Notes: generated from the letters alone by a model not told the origin. 64,000 bases of DNA from Candidatus Yanofskybacteria bacterium (GCA_003514055.1 DOSG01000001.1:24571-88570); one strand, 5' to 3'. Positions 37,595-46,793 are shown, counted from the first letter of the stretch. Numbers and translations: made by a program.

Positions 37595-37987
37595 TTAGGA
37601 TTCGACGACTGGCGTCGTCGGCGCCGACACCATGGCGAGGATCTTCTCGGCCTCTTCGGTACTGATGACTCCGTCTTCGATTGCCATGTCGAGCATTTTG
37701 CGGTGGTTGGCCGGTGGAAAATTCACGAAGACCTCGGCTGTGTCTTTTAGGAATTGTTCCGAAGCCAACTCGTCCGTCATCGGCAGGCCGCAGGATTCGA
37801 TTTCTTGCGTGGTCGCCGCCGTCTCCTCATCAGTCTGCTCGATATTGCCTTTGGCAATCAACTTGGCAAGGAGTTCTTTGCCGCTGTCGATAGAGAAGAA
37901 GCCTCGCGACTGTTCGCCGTCGGGGCTTTCGAGCTTCCGATGAGCTCGTGGGTTTCCACAATCACAACGTACAACTACTAGTTCCAT
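37595..37987 (-). CDS. small Cys-containing protein, GC-rich, paralog 1
   Basis: MELVVVRCDCG...; shares CxCG, HRKL, SFFSI, GKIEQT.EETAAT, SCGLP, C-terminal APTTPVVES with paralog 2; GGAGGG RBS. Confidence 0.55.
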   Translation of the reverse strand: MELVVVRCDCGNPRAHRKLESPDGEQSRGFFSIDSGKELLAKLIAKGNIEQTDEETAATTQEIESCGLPMTDELASEQFLKDTAEVFVNFPPANHRKMLDMAIEDGVISTEEAEKILAMVSAPTTPVVES

Positions 37988-38427
37988 GAGACCCTCCACG
38001 TCTGTTGAAAGAACCTTCTACGCGATGAGGATGATAACATGTTGGTAGATATCGTCAAGTTGCTTAGGCCTCAATACAAAACATCGGCCAGAGGCCGATG
38101 TGGGGGGGGCAGAAGGTATCTACTTCTTTATGACTGTAGCTGGGCATTCTGCCGCTTTTTTTACAAGACTATCATATTCAAACGATTCGTTTCCGCTGGT
38201 GGTTACTTTACGAGTGGTGCTCGGCAAGGCGATCGCATCGCCAGAATCGTCAGAAATCAAATGCAATTGGACTGAGCCGCTGGGCCAAATTCTGACTCTG
38301 AGTACGCGATTGTGATCGTCCAAGAAAAATCTGTGTTTAGGAATCGCCACGGCACTTCTCCTTAGAGAACGAATGGACTAAGAATATGCTGCCACAATAG
38401 GGCCCCCGTGTCAATGTAGAGCCTCTG

Positions 38428-38464
38428 CTAAATAAAAAGACGGGCGGCCTGGTGGCCGCCCGTT
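38428..38464 (-). terminator. repeat-family-A terminator (minus strand) after small paralog 2
   Basis: identical palindrome ACGGGCGGCCTGGTGGCCGCCCGT preceded by AAATAAAAAGA. Confidence 0.65.
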
Positions 38465-38488
38465 GGCACCTATGGTGCTTGGCGCTAA

Positions 38489-38929
38489 CTACGATTCGAC
38501 GACTGGCGTCGTCGGCGCTATCGCGTCCGTGAGGGTGAGGATTTTCTCGGCATTCTCGACGCTGACCACGCCTTCTGCGATTGCCAGGGCCATTACGCTC
38601 GGCCAATCTAATAACGCCGGCCACCTCGAGAGTTTGATGGCGGAGAGCCTAACTTCCTTGTCTGAGAGGCTCGACGACTTTGCTTTCTCGGCTGCTGCCG
38701 CCACGGCCTCGACATCAGTCGCCGGCAGACCGCAGGAGTCCAACTCCTGCATCGTGGCCGCCGTCTCTTCCGGCGTTTGCTCGATCTTGCCTTCGGCGAG
38801 GCCGCTGGTCACGAGCTCCTCTCCGCCCGCGATGGAGAAGAAGCTTCGCGATGTTGGCCCGCCTTCGGCCTGGAGCTTGCGATGGGGCCGTTCGAGGCCA
38901 CACGGACACTGAATGACTGTGATCTTCAT
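38489..38929 (-). CDS. small Cys-containing protein, GC-rich, paralog 2
   Basis: MKITVIQCPCG... with AGGAGG RBS; same conserved blocks and APTTPVVES C-terminus. Confidence 0.55.
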   Translation of the reverse strand: MKITVIQCPCGLERPHRKLQAEGGPTSRSFFSIAGGEELVTSGLAEGKIEQTPEETAATMQELDSCGLPATDVEAVAAAAEKAKSSSLSDKEVRLSAIKLSRWPALLDWPSVMALAIAEGVVSVENAEKILTLTDAIAPTTPVVES

Positions 38930-39007
38930 GGAAAGAACCTCCTGGTTGACGATGGCCACATACTAGCACGCTAGGGCATAATGTCAAGCGTGTGAACTTG
39001 GCGTGAC

Positions 39008-39070
39008 TAGAATACAATGGCTGCCTTTTCCGGCAGCTGCCGGAGCCAAAAAGGCAGCCATTGTATTCTA
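39008..39070. repeat. palindromic repeat, family B variant (21-bp arms + CCGGCAGCTGCCGG core)
   Basis: TAGAATACAATGGCTGCCTTTT...AAAAGGCAGCCATTGTATTCTA. Confidence 0.7.
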
Positions 39071-39094
39071 AGTCGTTTATGATTAAATTTAGAT

Positions 39095-39562
39095 ATGAAG
39101 AAACTTTCCTGGGATGATATCGAAACAATGACAGACGAACTGGCCGGCAAGATTAAGGCCAGCGGTTTTGAGCCAGACTATATTATCGGCATAACCATTG
39201 GCGGATTGATTCCGCTTCATTTTTTGGCCAAGAAGTTAGGCGGCACATCTAATATCCTGACCATATCCGTCAATTCGTATAACAAAGACAAGAAGGGAAG
39301 CGTGAATATCAAATATATGCCCGAAGTAGATCTGAGCGGTAAGAAGGTGTTACTCTTGGATGAAATTGTGGGTACAGGCGATACCATCAAAGAAGTCTCG
39401 GCTGTTCTGAACGACAAGTACAAAGTCGGAGAACTGAAGACGATCTCCCTTGTTGTTCTGAAAGATAGTAATCCTCATCCTGACTTCTACGCATTAGAGG
39501 TGGATGGCGATTGGGTTGTGTTTCCATGGGACAAGCACGAATTCCCCGAACATTTTAAATAA
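39095..39562 (+). CDS. phosphoribosyltransferase (purine PRTase-like)
   Basis: VLLLDEIVGTGDTIK PRPP-binding motif. Confidence 0.75.
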   Translation: MKKLSWDDIETMTDELAGKIKASGFEPDYIIGITIGGLIPLHFLAKKLGGTSNILTISVNSYNKDKKGSVNIKYMPEVDLSGKKVLLLDEIVGTGDTIKEVSAVLNDKYKVGELKTISLVVLKDSNPHPDFYALEVDGDWVVFPWDKHEFPEHFK

Positions 39563-39567
39563 TTATG

Positions 39568-39617
39568 AAAATGGCGGTCTTTTTGTCCGGCAACTGCCGG
39601 ATCAAAGACCGCCATTA
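39568..39617. repeat. palindromic repeat family B (terminator-like)
   Basis: AAAATGGCGGTCTTTTT-gtCCGGCAACTGCCGGatc-AAAGACCGCCATT. Confidence 0.7.
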
Positions 39618-39630
39618 AGATCTAATCACA

Positions 39631-40158
39631 ATGAGCAGACATAACTATGCGGGTAGAAAATATGAAGTTGTGGCGTATGATCCAGAATGGCCGAAACTTT
39701 TTGAATTAGAAGCCTCCAGGCTTAGATTAACTTTCGGAGAGGATGCTCTAATGATTGAGCACATTGGTAGCACCTCGGTTCCAGGATTAGACAGTAAGCC
39801 GACCGTGGATATACTAATAACTGTTAAAGATATCGCTACCGTGGAATCTCATGTTTTAGATATGGAATCTATAGGGTATAAACATCTCGGAGAGTATGTG
39901 AAGCCTGGGACGCACCTTTTCGTTAAAGAACGACCCGATAACGCAGACAGGCTTTTCAACGTCCACGTATTCCCCAGCGATCATCCGCACGTACAAGATA
40001 TGCTTAAACTAAGAGATTATTTCCGCACTCATCCAGAAGAAGTAACGAAGTATATGAATCTCAAGCGAGAATTATTTGAAAAATATCCCGACGACTATGG
40101 TCAATATCGAAGATTTAAAGACGAATACATGGAGGAGTTAAAAAAGAGGATCATATAA
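39631..40158 (+). CDS. GrpB/UPF0157-family protein
   Basis: EHIGSTSVPGLDSKPTVDILI. Confidence 0.7.
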   Translation: MSRHNYAGRKYEVVAYDPEWPKLFELEASRLRLTFGEDALMIEHIGSTSVPGLDSKPTVDILITVKDIATVESHVLDMESIGYKHLGEYVKPGTHLFVKERPDNADRLFNVHVFPSDHPHVQDMLKLRDYFRTHPEEVTKYMNLKRELFEKYPDDYGQYRRFKDEYMEELKKRII

Positions 40159-40193
40159 AAATGGCGGTCTTTTAGGCGGCAAAGACCGCCATT
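40157..40193. repeat. palindromic repeat family B (terminator-like)
   Basis: AAAATGGCGGTCTTTT-aggcggc-AAAGACCGCCATT. Confidence 0.7.
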
Positions 40194-40228
40194 GTTAATT
40201 AAAAGACCGTCATTAAGACTTAATTCCA

Positions 40229-40714
40229 ATGGGTAATATCGAATCAAAATTTAAAGATTTTCTAAAAGTTGCTAAGATTTTAAACGACAAGAACATCGTA
40301 CCCGTTCTCTATGGTTCTTTAGGCTTATATCAAATCATTAAACCTTTGAGCGAAATTGATGACATCGATATGCTTGTATCTGACGAATGGTTGAAAGATA
40401 GGTGGCCAGAGTTTAAAGCGTACTTAGAATCTCATGGCTTTAGAATGGACGATGAGCATGAGCACGAATTCTCCCATCCGGATATTAAAGGTTGGATAGC
40501 TTTCGCTTCAATCCAAGAATCGCATATTCACTCTGGGCTAAACAGAGACGACCTTCAAGAAGTCGTCCACGACGGCGTAAATTACTTGGTACTTACTCCA
40601 GAACAATATCTACGTGCCTATCGGGCTTGTCTCAAAGATAGCTATCGCCAGAGTAAAAAAGGCGACGCTGATTTAATAAAAATCAAAGCCCTCGAAGAAT
40701 ATATGGCGAGATAA
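40229..40714 (+). CDS. minimal nucleotidyltransferase-domain protein
   Basis: LYGSLGLYQ...IDDIDMLV (GSx9-13DxD). Confidence 0.5.
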   Translation: MGNIESKFKDFLKVAKILNDKNIVPVLYGSLGLYQIIKPLSEIDDIDMLVSDEWLKDRWPEFKAYLESHGFRMDDEHEHEFSHPDIKGWIAFASIQESHIHSGLNRDDLQEVVHDGVNYLVLTPEQYLRAYRACLKDSYRQSKKGDADLIKIKALEEYMAR

Positions 40715-40715
40715 C

Positions 40716-40763
40716 AATGGCGGTCTTTTGAGCTCCGGCAGCTGCCGGAAAAGACCGCCATTA
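40716..40763. repeat. palindromic repeat family B (terminator-like) with CCGGCAGCTGCCGG core
   Basis: CAATGGCGGTCTTTTgagctCCGGCAGCTGCCGGaaAAGACCGCCATT. Confidence 0.7.
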
Positions 40764-40776
40764 AGATTGAACTAAG

Positions 40777-41199
40777 ATGCCAGAAGAAAACCAAAGCATA
40801 CCACCGATAGTTGAAGATCAATCCACGACACGGCAGGATGTGCCGCAGGTTGAGATCAAAGTTGAAGAATCGCCGACAGCGTCGGCCCCGGAGCCAATGG
40901 CTCCTCAGCCGCCACCGACCACAGAACCCCCTCCGGCAGCTGCCGGATCATCCGAAAGCATTATCTCTCGTCTTCTGACTAAAGCTCGCCAAGCCATCAA
41001 ACAACGCAAAGAGAAAAAGAAACAGAAGATTCTCTCCGCCCTCGCCGAAAAAGGCCAGCTGACCAATGAAGATATCCGTAAGCTTCTCCGATGTTCTGAC
41101 GCCACGGCCAGACGCTTTTTGACTGAGCTAGAGAAAGAAGGCAAGATTCAGCAGATTGGCAATGATGGTAGAAGCGTCCACTACAAACCGCTCAACTAA
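40777..41199 (+). CDS. Pro-rich protein with C-terminal winged-HTH
   Basis: LTNEDIRKLLRCSDATARRFLTELEKEGKIQQIG. Confidence 0.45.
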   Translation: MPEENQSIPPIVEDQSTTRQDVPQVEIKVEESPTASAPEPMAPQPPPTTEPPPAAAGSSESIISRLLTKARQAIKQRKEKKKQKILSALAEKGQLTNEDIRKLLRCSDATARRFLTELEKEGKIQQIGNDGRSVHYKPLN

Positions 41200-41207
41200 T
41201 CCCTTCT

Positions 41208-41240
41208 AAACCGCTCATTTCCACCAAATGAGCGGTTATT
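41208..41240 (+). terminator. rho-independent terminator
   Basis: AAACCGCTCATTT-ccacc-AAATGAGCGGTT + ATTCTT. Confidence 0.5.
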
Positions 41241-41502
41241 CTTGTATGAGCTTATCAACATTCTTTGCGCTTGTATTGATGCGCCCAAGTGCTTAAATGA
41301 ATGCATATGTTCTTTGGAAGCTGACGGGGAGACAAGGTTCCGGGCTCTTTTTAACTTCACGCTAAGTCGCTTTTATTTCTCCCTCCATAGCTGCTTTAGG
41401 GCAATTATGGTGGGGGAAAGAATAAAGGTCGACGACCCTCGCTGTTAATCAATTGCACGACTACTTAGGATGAAAGAGGGTCATCGACACTCGATCATCT
41501 AA

Positions 41503-41706
41503 TTGTCGTGGTATATCAATATGTCCAAAAAACATGTTGTAGTCCATACCGGGGAGGTAACTCCCAAGTCTGGACAGTACCATCCTGCGGGAGCTCCGCG
41601 GAATCGCGAAATTACCCTTTCTAAGGGTGATCGTGTTCCGCCGAACAATCAAGGGAAGCAGCAGCGTTTCACCATAATCGATCCGACTAAGGTGAAAAAT
41701 CGCTAG
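41503..41706 (+). CDS. small hypothetical protein
   Basis: 67-aa ORF. Confidence 0.3.
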   Translation: MSWYINMSKKHVVVHTGEVTPKSGQYHPAGAPRNREITLSKGDRVPPNNQGKQQRFTIIDPTKVKNR

Positions 41707-41762
41707 TTGCTAGTCGTTCTTCTCGTTGGCTTTCAGGGAATATATAATTTGCGTAAATAAAT

Positions 41763-42173
41763 ATGAATAGCGAGATAGAAAAATTAAAATTACTTGAAGA
41801 ATCAAGATCGTCTCATGAAAAATTTCATTGGAACTGGACCTTTCTTTCAGGCGGAACACTCACCTTGCTAATAGGATTCATAGAGAGAATAAGTCCAATA
41901 GATAATCCGTCTCTTAGATTACTGGCGAGATACTCGATCATTTTTATGATAGCCGCCTTAGTCTTATCACCCATTAGAAATCTTTTGTCTGCGCTAATTG
42001 TTGGCAAGATGGCGAGTATAGAATCTATGAGCACTCGTAAGGAGATATTGAGTTTTTTTAATGATGCAAAGATAGTTGGCTTTTTCGTAAACGTCATAGC
42101 TCTACTCAGTATATGTTTATATATACTTGGGTTAAGCATTATGTCATATGTAGCTATATCAACTTTTTTGTAA
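41763..42173 (+). CDS. hypothetical membrane protein
   Basis: 136 aa, several hydrophobic segments. Confidence 0.4.
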   Translation: MNSEIEKLKLLEESRSSHEKFHWNWTFLSGGTLTLLIGFIERISPIDNPSLRLLARYSIIFMIAALVLSPIRNLLSALIVGKMASIESMSTRKEILSFFNDAKIVGFFVNVIALLSICLYILGLSIMSYVAISTFL

Positions 42174-42205
42174 GCCAATAAAAAGAATGGGCTAAGTTCA
42201 AATAT

Positions 42206-42664
42206 ATGGATCAATATTTAGAGGATCAGAAAAAAGAGCTTTTTGAGCGATTATCTCCAGAAGAGAAGATCAATCTTTTGGGTCCGCAATTGCAACTATA
42301 TGCGTCAGCTGTTTCTAAAAAAATGGCCACGTTGTCATCGGTTGCTGCGTTGTCGGCTACCCTTATAATTATCTCCACGCTTAATAGGGCCTTAGTGCCA
42401 CTAAGCGATAACGAAATACGTACGGTTCTCTCAATATTTCTAATCCTTATACCTATCTCTTTGCATATCTACATTAAGGACATTGAAGACAGCGCAAAAA
42501 ATTCCCTAGAAACTATAAAGTCATATCATAGAGAAGATATACTTGGAGATCTAGAAAAAGATGTATTATTTAGTGATAAGCTTGTCTCTAAATCCCCAAT
42601 GGTAATGACGTGTATATTTTATATCCTCATAGGCTTTATCATATTAAAGATCTGGTTAAGATGA
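42206..42664 (+). CDS. hypothetical membrane protein
   Basis: 152 aa, hydrophobic segments. Confidence 0.4.
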   Translation: MDQYLEDQKKELFERLSPEEKINLLGPQLQLYASAVSKKMATLSSVAALSATLIIISTLNRALVPLSDNEIRTVLSIFLILIPISLHIYIKDIEDSAKNSLETIKSYHREDILGDLEKDVLFSDKLVSKSPMVMTCIFYILIGFIILKIWLR

Positions 42665-43188
42665 GCGAATATTCAATAATAATTGATGGCGTTAAATGGT
42701 ATATAGATAGTTTTAGACATGTTAAACCCTTGTGTCCAAAACATCACCTCCCACTCTATCTAGAAGTTAACGACTACAACGAGTGTTATCTAAAATGCGA
42801 AGAATGTGCTAACTCTTACATGTTCAAGAGAGAATTTAATGCTCAGAAACAATACATCTTAGACAAGCTCGATTCGAAGATGTTTAAGAACATGAGATTT
42901 ATCAACCTGGACGACGAAGCCATTCCGATTGCAGAAGCAAAAGCATCATCCAAAGATAATAAATATTTTGCAACCGCCGTTCTTACAGAATCTAAAGTTG
43001 GTAAAAGATTGGTGGTATATGCCGGAGAAAAAGGTAAGCCTACGAAAACTCAAATTTTCGTAGAGCCGGAGATTAAAAGATTATCCTTCGACCAGAAAGA
43101 CCTTCATCCGGCAGATGTTTTTACAAAACTTGAGGCAACTTTTGATAACGGAGATGCCACAGTCATTAAGAAAAGTAAAAAACCATGA
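42661..43188 (+). CDS. hypothetical protein with Cys/His cluster
   Basis: ATGA overlap with previous stop; CPKHH...CYLKCEEC. Confidence 0.4.
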   Translation: MSEYSIIIDGVKWYIDSFRHVKPLCPKHHLPLYLEVNDYNECYLKCEECANSYMFKREFNAQKQYILDKLDSKMFKNMRFINLDDEAIPIAEAKASSKDNKYFATAVLTESKVGKRLVVYAGEKGKPTKTQIFVEPEIKRLSFDQKDLHPADVFTKLEATFDNGDATVIKKSKKP

Positions 43189-43865
43189 AAACTGTTGTAA
43201 TAACGGGGACGAGCAAGGGAATTGGATTGGCCACGGCCAAGAAGTTTTTGGATGAGGGCTGGCGTGTTATCGGCACATACTTCGATAAGCCAATTCCGCT
43301 AGAACACGAGAATCTGGTTGCCATTCAATATGATCAAGGTAATTCGGAGAGTGTGGCCGAAGTGGCCACGCAGATTGCCAAGATCGCACCAAGCGTGGAT
43401 GCATTGGTTAACAACGCTGGAATCCTTATTGACGCCACCGACAAAGTTGCTGATCCGGTCAAAATCAGAAAAACACTCGAAGTTAATGTAATCGGCGTCA
43501 TTGATTTAACTGAACGACTGCTGGCACTACTTCACACGGGCAGTCATATTGTAAACATGAATTCCGGCTATGGCTCGATCTCGAAACCAGAATTAGACGA
43601 CGAGACCTCTTCCGGATATCGCATATCGAAAGCGGCTTTAAATATGTATACTCGTCATTTAGCTTTTCGAGTAGAATCAAAGGGGATTATAGTTTCGGCT
43701 TTTGCACCGGGCTGGGTGAATACGGATATGGGCAATATTATCGCTACAGACACAGATAGACCCTATCGAGAACCCGAAGAGGCGGCTGATGATATATTTC
43801 AATTAGTAACTACCGTCACAGAAACCGGCCAATTTTGGAAAGAAGGCCAAAAAATGGATTGGTAA
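43185..43865 (+). CDS. short-chain dehydrogenase/reductase (SDR)
   Basis: VVITGTSKGIGLATAKKF, NAG, YRISKAALN. Confidence 0.85.
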   Translation: MKTVVITGTSKGIGLATAKKFLDEGWRVIGTYFDKPIPLEHENLVAIQYDQGNSESVAEVATQIAKIAPSVDALVNNAGILIDATDKVADPVKIRKTLEVNVIGVIDLTERLLALLHTGSHIVNMNSGYGSISKPELDDETSSGYRISKAALNMYTRHLAFRVESKGIIVSAFAPGWVNTDMGNIIATDTDRPYREPEEAADDIFQLVTTVTETGQFWKEGQKMDW

Positions 43866-43873
43866 TCAACGAA

Positions 43874-44389
43874 ATGGCACATATTAATGTAGAGATAAAA
43901 GCTCGATGCGATAATCACGAAAAGATTCGTGAAATCTTAAAATCGAAGTCTGCCAACTTTAAAGGCACCGATCATCAAATTGATACATATTTCAATGTGC
44001 CCAATGGCAGGTTAAAATTAAGATAGGGGAATATCGAAAATTGTCTTATATTTTATGAGAGAGAAGACAAGGAGGGTCCAAAACAATCTAACGTGTCGCT
44101 TTTTAAAAACGATCCAAGCTCACCGCTCAAGAGTGTGCTCTGTAGCTCTTTGGGAGGATTGGTCGTAGTAGATAAGCAAAGGGAAATATATTTTATAGAT
44201 AACGTAAAATTTCATATTGATACCGTTGCTAATCTCGGCACTTTTATAGAAATTGAAGCTATCGATAAGGATGACGTTATCGGGAAGAATAAGCTTCAAG
44301 AGCAGTGCCAGTATTATCTAGATCTTTTCGGAATCTCTGCCGGCGATCTAATATCAAATTCTTATTCCGACATGTTGTTAAAAAAATAA
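43874..44389 (+). pseudogene. CYTH-domain (CyaB-like) gene interrupted by in-frame TAG at 44024-44026
   Basis: MAHINVEIKARCD...GRLKLR*GNIENCLIFYERED...FIEIEAI one frame across the stop; ORF track splits it into 43835..44026 and 44093..44389. Confidence 0.55.
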
Positions 44390-44395
44390 CTAAGT

Positions 44396-44995
44396 ATGGC
44401 GATTAATCACAAAGATAAAACTATAGAGACATATAACACTAGCATCCAAGCGCTGGTAAAGAAATTCGCGAATTTTGGACCCCGCATCGAAGACATTAAG
44501 CGAGGATTCTCGTATATTTCTAAAGAAAATCCAAATGTCTTAGAAATTGGCTGTGGCTATGGCCGAGAAGCGAAAGAAATATTGAAGTTAACTAGCCACT
44601 ACCTAGGGATGGATATTTCCGAAGAGATGATAAGGAAGGCGAAAAACGATGTGCCTGATGGCAATTTCGTTGTATCTGACATCGAGAATTATGTGTTTCC
44701 GGACGGTTTGGATATTATTTTCTCGTTCGCATCATTGTTGCACTCAGACATAGAAAATCTTAGGCTAATAGCCGAACGAGCCTATGAAGCGCTTGCAAAA
44801 AATGGCATATTTTATATATCTTTGAAGCGAGGCGTCTATCATAGGGAGATTCAAGAAGATGAATTTGGCACTAGGGTTTACTACTATTATGCTCCCGAAG
44901 ATATTGAAGCGCTGGATCCTAGGTTTACTACCGTTTGGAAAGACGAACACGAGCATGGGGGCCAAGATTGGTTTACAATAATTTTAAAGAGATAA
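44396..44995 (+). CDS. class I SAM-dependent methyltransferase
   Basis: VLEIGCGYGREA motif I. Confidence 0.7.
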   Translation: MAINHKDKTIETYNTSIQALVKKFANFGPRIEDIKRGFSYISKENPNVLEIGCGYGREAKEILKLTSHYLGMDISEEMIRKAKNDVPDGNFVVSDIENYVFPDGLDIIFSFASLLHSDIENLRLIAERAYEALAKNGIFYISLKRGVYHREIQEDEFGTRVYYYYAPEDIEALDPRFTTVWKDEHEHGGQDWFTIILKR

Positions 44996-45002
44996 AGCTA
45001 CA

Positions 45003-45374
45003 ATGAAAAAGATTTTTTATAACAAACTCATAAGAGACAGAATACCAGAGAAGATTAAGCGCAATGGCGGAGATTACGCGATTGAGAAACTTAATAAAAA
45101 AGCATTCGAGGCTGCACTTTTGACTAAAGTGGGTGAGGAAGCAAGCGGGTTGCTATCTTCTAAAACCAGAGAGGAGATAACTTCTGAATTAGCTGACATT
45201 ATTGCCGTTATCGACGAAATAAAGAAATTCAAAAAGATTACAGATAAACAAATATCCCAAGCTCTAGAAGAGAATTTTAATAAAAAGGGCGGTTTCGATA
45301 AAAGGTTATTCTTAATATGGTCTTCTGATACTGGGTACAAGACTAATGAGCGTAGGAATAAGTCAAAAAAATAA
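45003..45374 (+). CDS. MazG/HisE-like all-alpha NTP pyrophosphohydrolase (tentative)
   Basis: KLIRDRIPE...E.xxE..D helical pattern. Confidence 0.45.
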   Translation: MKKIFYNKLIRDRIPEKIKRNGGDYAIEKLNKKAFEAALLTKVGEEASGLLSSKTREEITSELADIIAVIDEIKKFKKITDKQISQALEENFNKKGGFDKRLFLIWSSDTGYKTNERRNKSKK

Positions 45375-45395
45375 AATTATAATTAATAAAAACAT

Positions 45396-45554
45396 ATGTG
45401 TAAAGGAACATCAGGGACGGTGTATGGCTTGGGTCTAATCGGTGCGGCTGTTTTCTATATTCAGCACGCAACGTCGTTTGGCGCTGGAGTGGTGGGCGTT
45501 CTCAAGGCCATCGTCTGGCCAGCGATGTTGGTTTACAAGCTACTCGGGCTCTAA
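45396..45554 (+). CDS. 52-aa small membrane protein (not in ORF track)
   Basis: ATG..TAA, Gly-rich single TM helix GLGLIGAAVF...GAGVVGVL; stop abuts next gene start. Confidence 0.3.
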   Translation: MCKGTSGTVYGLGLIGAAVFYIQHATSFGAGVVGVLKAIVWPAMLVYKLLGL

Positions 45555-45558
45555 AAAC

Positions 45559-46620
45559 ATGAAACTATACGATATTGCCATGCTCCGCATGTACAACCAG
45601 CGGATCGTTGGCGACAAATTTAATAGACCCGAGGAAGTTGTCAGGCATTTGGGTGCCATTCAAGCTCAAGATTATCAAAGCGCTTTGTGGGCCATTGGTT
45701 TGCGCATGAAGAAAGCCGATAAGGCTGACGTCGAGAGGGCACTGGCCGAGGGAAAGATTGTTCGAACATGGCCGATGCGCGGGACGTTGCATTTCGTGGC
45801 CACGGAAGATGCTCATTGGATGATGGATCTGCTGGTGTCTAAGAATATCAGAGCCGCGGCCTTACGCGGCGATAAAAGATTCGGTCTCAATGATAACGTC
45901 ATTAATCAATGCAAACGAGTAATTCAAAAAGCTTTACGTGGCGGCAAATCATTATCTCGTCCAGAGCTTTACCAAGTTCTAGAGAGGCAGGACATAGATA
46001 CTAAGAACAGTCGTGGACTACACATTCTGGGTCGCCTAGCTCTTGAAAAAGTAATATGCTTTGGTCCTAGAAAAGATAAGCAGCAGGTTTTTGTACTCTT
46101 TGACGAATGGATTTCTGAATCCAAAAAACTTAGCCGAGATGAGTCTCTGGCCAAGTTAGCAATTAGATATTTCACTGGTCATGGCCCAGCTCAAATTAAG
46201 GACTTGGCTTGGTGGTCGGGTCTTTCGATTAAAGACATTGGCGTCGGGATTGAACTCGCTGGGCCTGAACTCGTAAAAGAAGTGGCTGATGGTAAAACAT
46301 ATTGGATGGCGCCCAAGCAGTCTAGGGTAGTAAAAAGTAACACGGCCTATTTGCTACCGGCGTTCGATGAGTTTTTGGTGGCCTATCGCGATCGGAGCGC
46401 TTCTCTTGAGGCGATCCACGCTAAGCATATAAATCCAGGAGCAAATGGCATGTTGAGTCCAGTGATCGTGATTAATGGACAAGTACTCGGGACTTGGAAG
46501 AGGATTACCAAGAGAGGCATGATCGATATCGAGCTCAAACCATTTGCCCAGCTTGCGACTGACCAAATGAAATCCATCGATAAGGAGAAAGAGGCTTATC
46601 TTAAATTCTTAAATCTTTGA
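45559..46620 (+). CDS. AlkZ/YcaQ-family winged-helix DNA glycosylase (HTH_42)
   Basis: IQAQDY QxQ motif near N-terminus, ~354 aa; ORF-track N-terminal extension judged spurious. Confidence 0.6.
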   Translation: MKLYDIAMLRMYNQRIVGDKFNRPEEVVRHLGAIQAQDYQSALWAIGLRMKKADKADVERALAEGKIVRTWPMRGTLHFVATEDAHWMMDLLVSKNIRAAALRGDKRFGLNDNVINQCKRVIQKALRGGKSLSRPELYQVLERQDIDTKNSRGLHILGRLALEKVICFGPRKDKQQVFVLFDEWISESKKLSRDESLAKLAIRYFTGHGPAQIKDLAWWSGLSIKDIGVGIELAGPELVKEVADGKTYWMAPKQSRVVKSNTAYLLPAFDEFLVAYRDRSASLEAIHAKHINPGANGMLSPVIVINGQVLGTWKRITKRGMIDIELKPFAQLATDQMKSIDKEKEAYLKFLNL

Positions 46621-46793
46621 ACCTAAGAAATTTTTTCATTGGCAGAGCAATCGGCTTTATTATTGTTTTGGGCCTAGTCTTGCTTTGGTATCTCATATCC
46701 AGATAGTCAGTCATTGGCAGATGATGCTTAGCTTGACTTCCCTCGGCTTAGTTGCGATACTATCGCCAGCATTTTGATAGCGGGAGGCACCTG

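Noticed and set aside
38039-38974. Many overlapping ORFs on both strands in the GC-rich 37.6-39.1 kb segment (e.g. 38337..38624, 38463..38912, 38715..39128)
   Set aside because: High GC suppresses stop codons and creates long spurious frames. Only the two paralogous minus-strand genes have an RBS, a conserved partner and a terminator.`
37536-40763. Integron (IntI + attC) interpretation of the cassette-like array
   Set aside because: Kept as a low-probability hypothesis in findings rather than a call. The palindromes are perfect hairpins without GTTRRRY core sites, and no integron integrase is present in the window.`
43874-44389. Alternative genetic code (stop-codon reassignment) suggested by in-frame TAG
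   Set aside because: All other long genes terminate normally with TAA/TAG/TGA and contain no in-frame stops. A single nonsense mutation or error is more parsimonious.`
45442-45558. N-terminal 39-aa extension of the AlkZ-like ORF in the ORF track
   Set aside because: It is out of frame with the well-formed 52-aa small ORF occupying the same DNA, and has no RBS. The ATG at 45559 directly follows that stop.`
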